Assembly: GCA_964247055.1 (NCBI GenBank)
Contig: OZ176055.1
Coordinates: 6,448,001 to 6,512,000, forward strand
Origin: Paragordius varius
Lineage: Eukaryota > Animalia > Nematomorpha
Length of the DNA stretch: 64,000 nt
Direction: 5' to 3'
Below are positions 62,039 to 64,000 of the stretch, piece after piece (within the stretch, counting starts at the first letter, position 1; the number at the start of each line of letters is the position of its first letter). The notes beneath the pieces are model-generated. The model saw only the letters and a program-made list of their open reading frames with translations. It did no database searches and had not been told where the DNA came from. A program made the position numbers and the translations under genes.

Positions 62039-64000
62039 TGTTAGAGAAATGTATCAGCTAATGCGTTTGATTGGGTTGACTATAAAAAAATTCCAAAAAA
62101 TGGTAATTTACTTATGAATTTATTTATAGGTAAATCTTAAAACGTAATCCCGACTTTTTTGAGTCATCATGTAAACGTTATAAAATTGTGAATAACACTT
62201 ATTCTACTTCGATGATGCTGATGCAATCACTTCAGAATTTTAATTAAAGGTTGGTTCGTTTTTTAAAATCAAGGTATTCTAAAAAAACAACTTTAAGATA
62301 AATTTTAAAACCAATGAGTTTTTAAACAAAATTCTGATGTGAAAGAAATGTTCAGCACAATCGATTATGTATAAAAAATGATTTTCTAATATGTTAAGGT
62401 ATTTTATATCGTTTCAATCATGCCTAATAGTATGAAGTACGCTTTAAAACTTTTGCTACAAATTAAATTTTTAAACAAGATATCCATTTTTTCGGAATAT
62501 TGATATTTAAATTTCGCATATATATAAATTTTGCACAATCTCTTGCAAATAACATTAGAAGACTTATGTCAAGCAAGAAAACTTGATTCGGACGTGATAA
62601 AAAATCATATGATCAAGTAAAACTTTTAGATATAGCAAGTGTGGTGGAGGGCACTTGACAGATATTAAATTATTTTGGAAACTATTTACATATATTATAG
62701 GCATGAAATTAATGATATAAATAGTTTTTTGGATAAATTTTGGCTAATTAACCTATTCAAATTGGGTGGATATAAAAGAGATAATTAGAAAAAATCTGCT
62801 AATATTTAAGAACAACGCATATAAAAATATGCTATATATATCAATTCCGTGAACCCGAAGAATTGAGTTTCGAAAATTTCTTAAACAATCAAATATTAAT
62901 GTAAAATTTTAAATCTCCGTTAAATAAGCGCTTTAACTAATGTAAGATATTTATTTCATCGTAAATTCATCTCGAATGTAATGTTATAATCAATTAAAAA
63001 TAATAATATGATATATTGCATAAACATCTTCTCATTATATTTGCAAATGAACTCCAAACAAAATGAGTAGGAAGACTCCATAATAAATAAGATATGTGCT
63101 AGTGAGTTTGAAAAACTTCAATAAATGCATATTGTATTAATTGTTTATCTTTTTGTGCTTTATTTGATAAATTTGGCTGAAAATGATCAAAATTATTTCC
63201 GTAACATTTGATTTGGGTGGCAAAATGTTACATTCATAAGCAAAAGACTTGAGTTAAGTGTTTTTTATCACCGATTTTTAAGTGTACACTTGCTGCATTA
63301 AGCAAACTTGCGTAACTTGCCACGCTCTTACAGGTCAAATAACTTTTTTATCACCCATAGTTCATGATATATTTTAGGGATATTTTTTGAAAAGAAGCAT
63401 TTAGCTTTCATTAAAAAAATTTTTTAATTAATAATATGCGCAAACGCCATTTTTTGATAGGGAGAAGTTGCCAGAAAAGTATAAATAACTTTCTAATCAC
63501 TTGTAATGGCCAAAATTAAAAATATATCAAAATTCTCAACACATTTATCCATAATATATATTTTATCAGGATATTTTTGAACATGATCTGAAAACGCTAC
63601 ATTTATTCTGAAGTATGGCAGAAAAGGTATAGAGTAGTTTAAGAGACTATAATATAATTCTTTCTATGTAGTTCGATGATGCTGAACATCACTTTAATTT
63701 GATCAAAAAACTTGCTCATCATATAGAAGCTAACACTTTGAATCGAATTGGGGTATCTAAATACCCCAATTTATTTAATTTAATATTTTTTGAAACTACT
63801 GAAAAAACAGTCATTTGAATTTATGCTTCTATCCTGAAAAAAATTAAATATTAAGTTAAATCATCTAAATAAAATTTAGTTTCGACAAAAAACTTCCATA
63901 TCAAACTACTTTGACACCATTTTTTTTTACAACATTTGCAAAATATTTTGTTTTAATATTAACACTTCGATTCAAATTGGGGTATCTAAATACCCCAGAC

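Noticed and set aside
63730-64000. Repeated ggggtatctaaatacccc palindromes as a regulatory operator
   Set aside because: They are more simply explained as ends of a small DNA element cut by the window edge, and cannot be resolved here.

Overview
AT-rich, intron-containing eukaryotic (animal-like) genomic DNA. Its compact genes and 21-27 nt GT-AG introns resemble reduced invertebrate parasites such as orthonectids or dicyemids; this taxon guess is inference only. I assembled the spliced gene models by hand. In order: last exon of TIMM22 plus two decayed copies; a secreted GH18 chitinase-like protein lacking the catalytic motif; HIBADH (5 exons, minus) head-to-head with SLC38A9, with 44 bp between start codons; a 13-exon 4-coumarate-CoA-ligase/luciferase-like acyl-CoA synthetase; a ~14.3 kb tandem segmental duplication; and MFSD6 (minus). 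Each duplicate carries a gene for a secreted protein made of a signal peptide, eight 6-Cys laminin-EGF-like modules and a trypsin-fold domain missing all three catalytic residues. Copy 1 is intact and copy 2 is frameshifted. Introns and intergenic DNA are full of non-autonomous elements (hAT-type MITEs, Helitron-like elements, ~1 kb foldback palindromes). There is no rRNA, tRNA or CRISPR evidence. The strongest novelty candidates are the Cys-module/dead-protease pair, the GH18 pseudoenzyme, the 44 bp bidirectional gene pair and the ultra-short introns.
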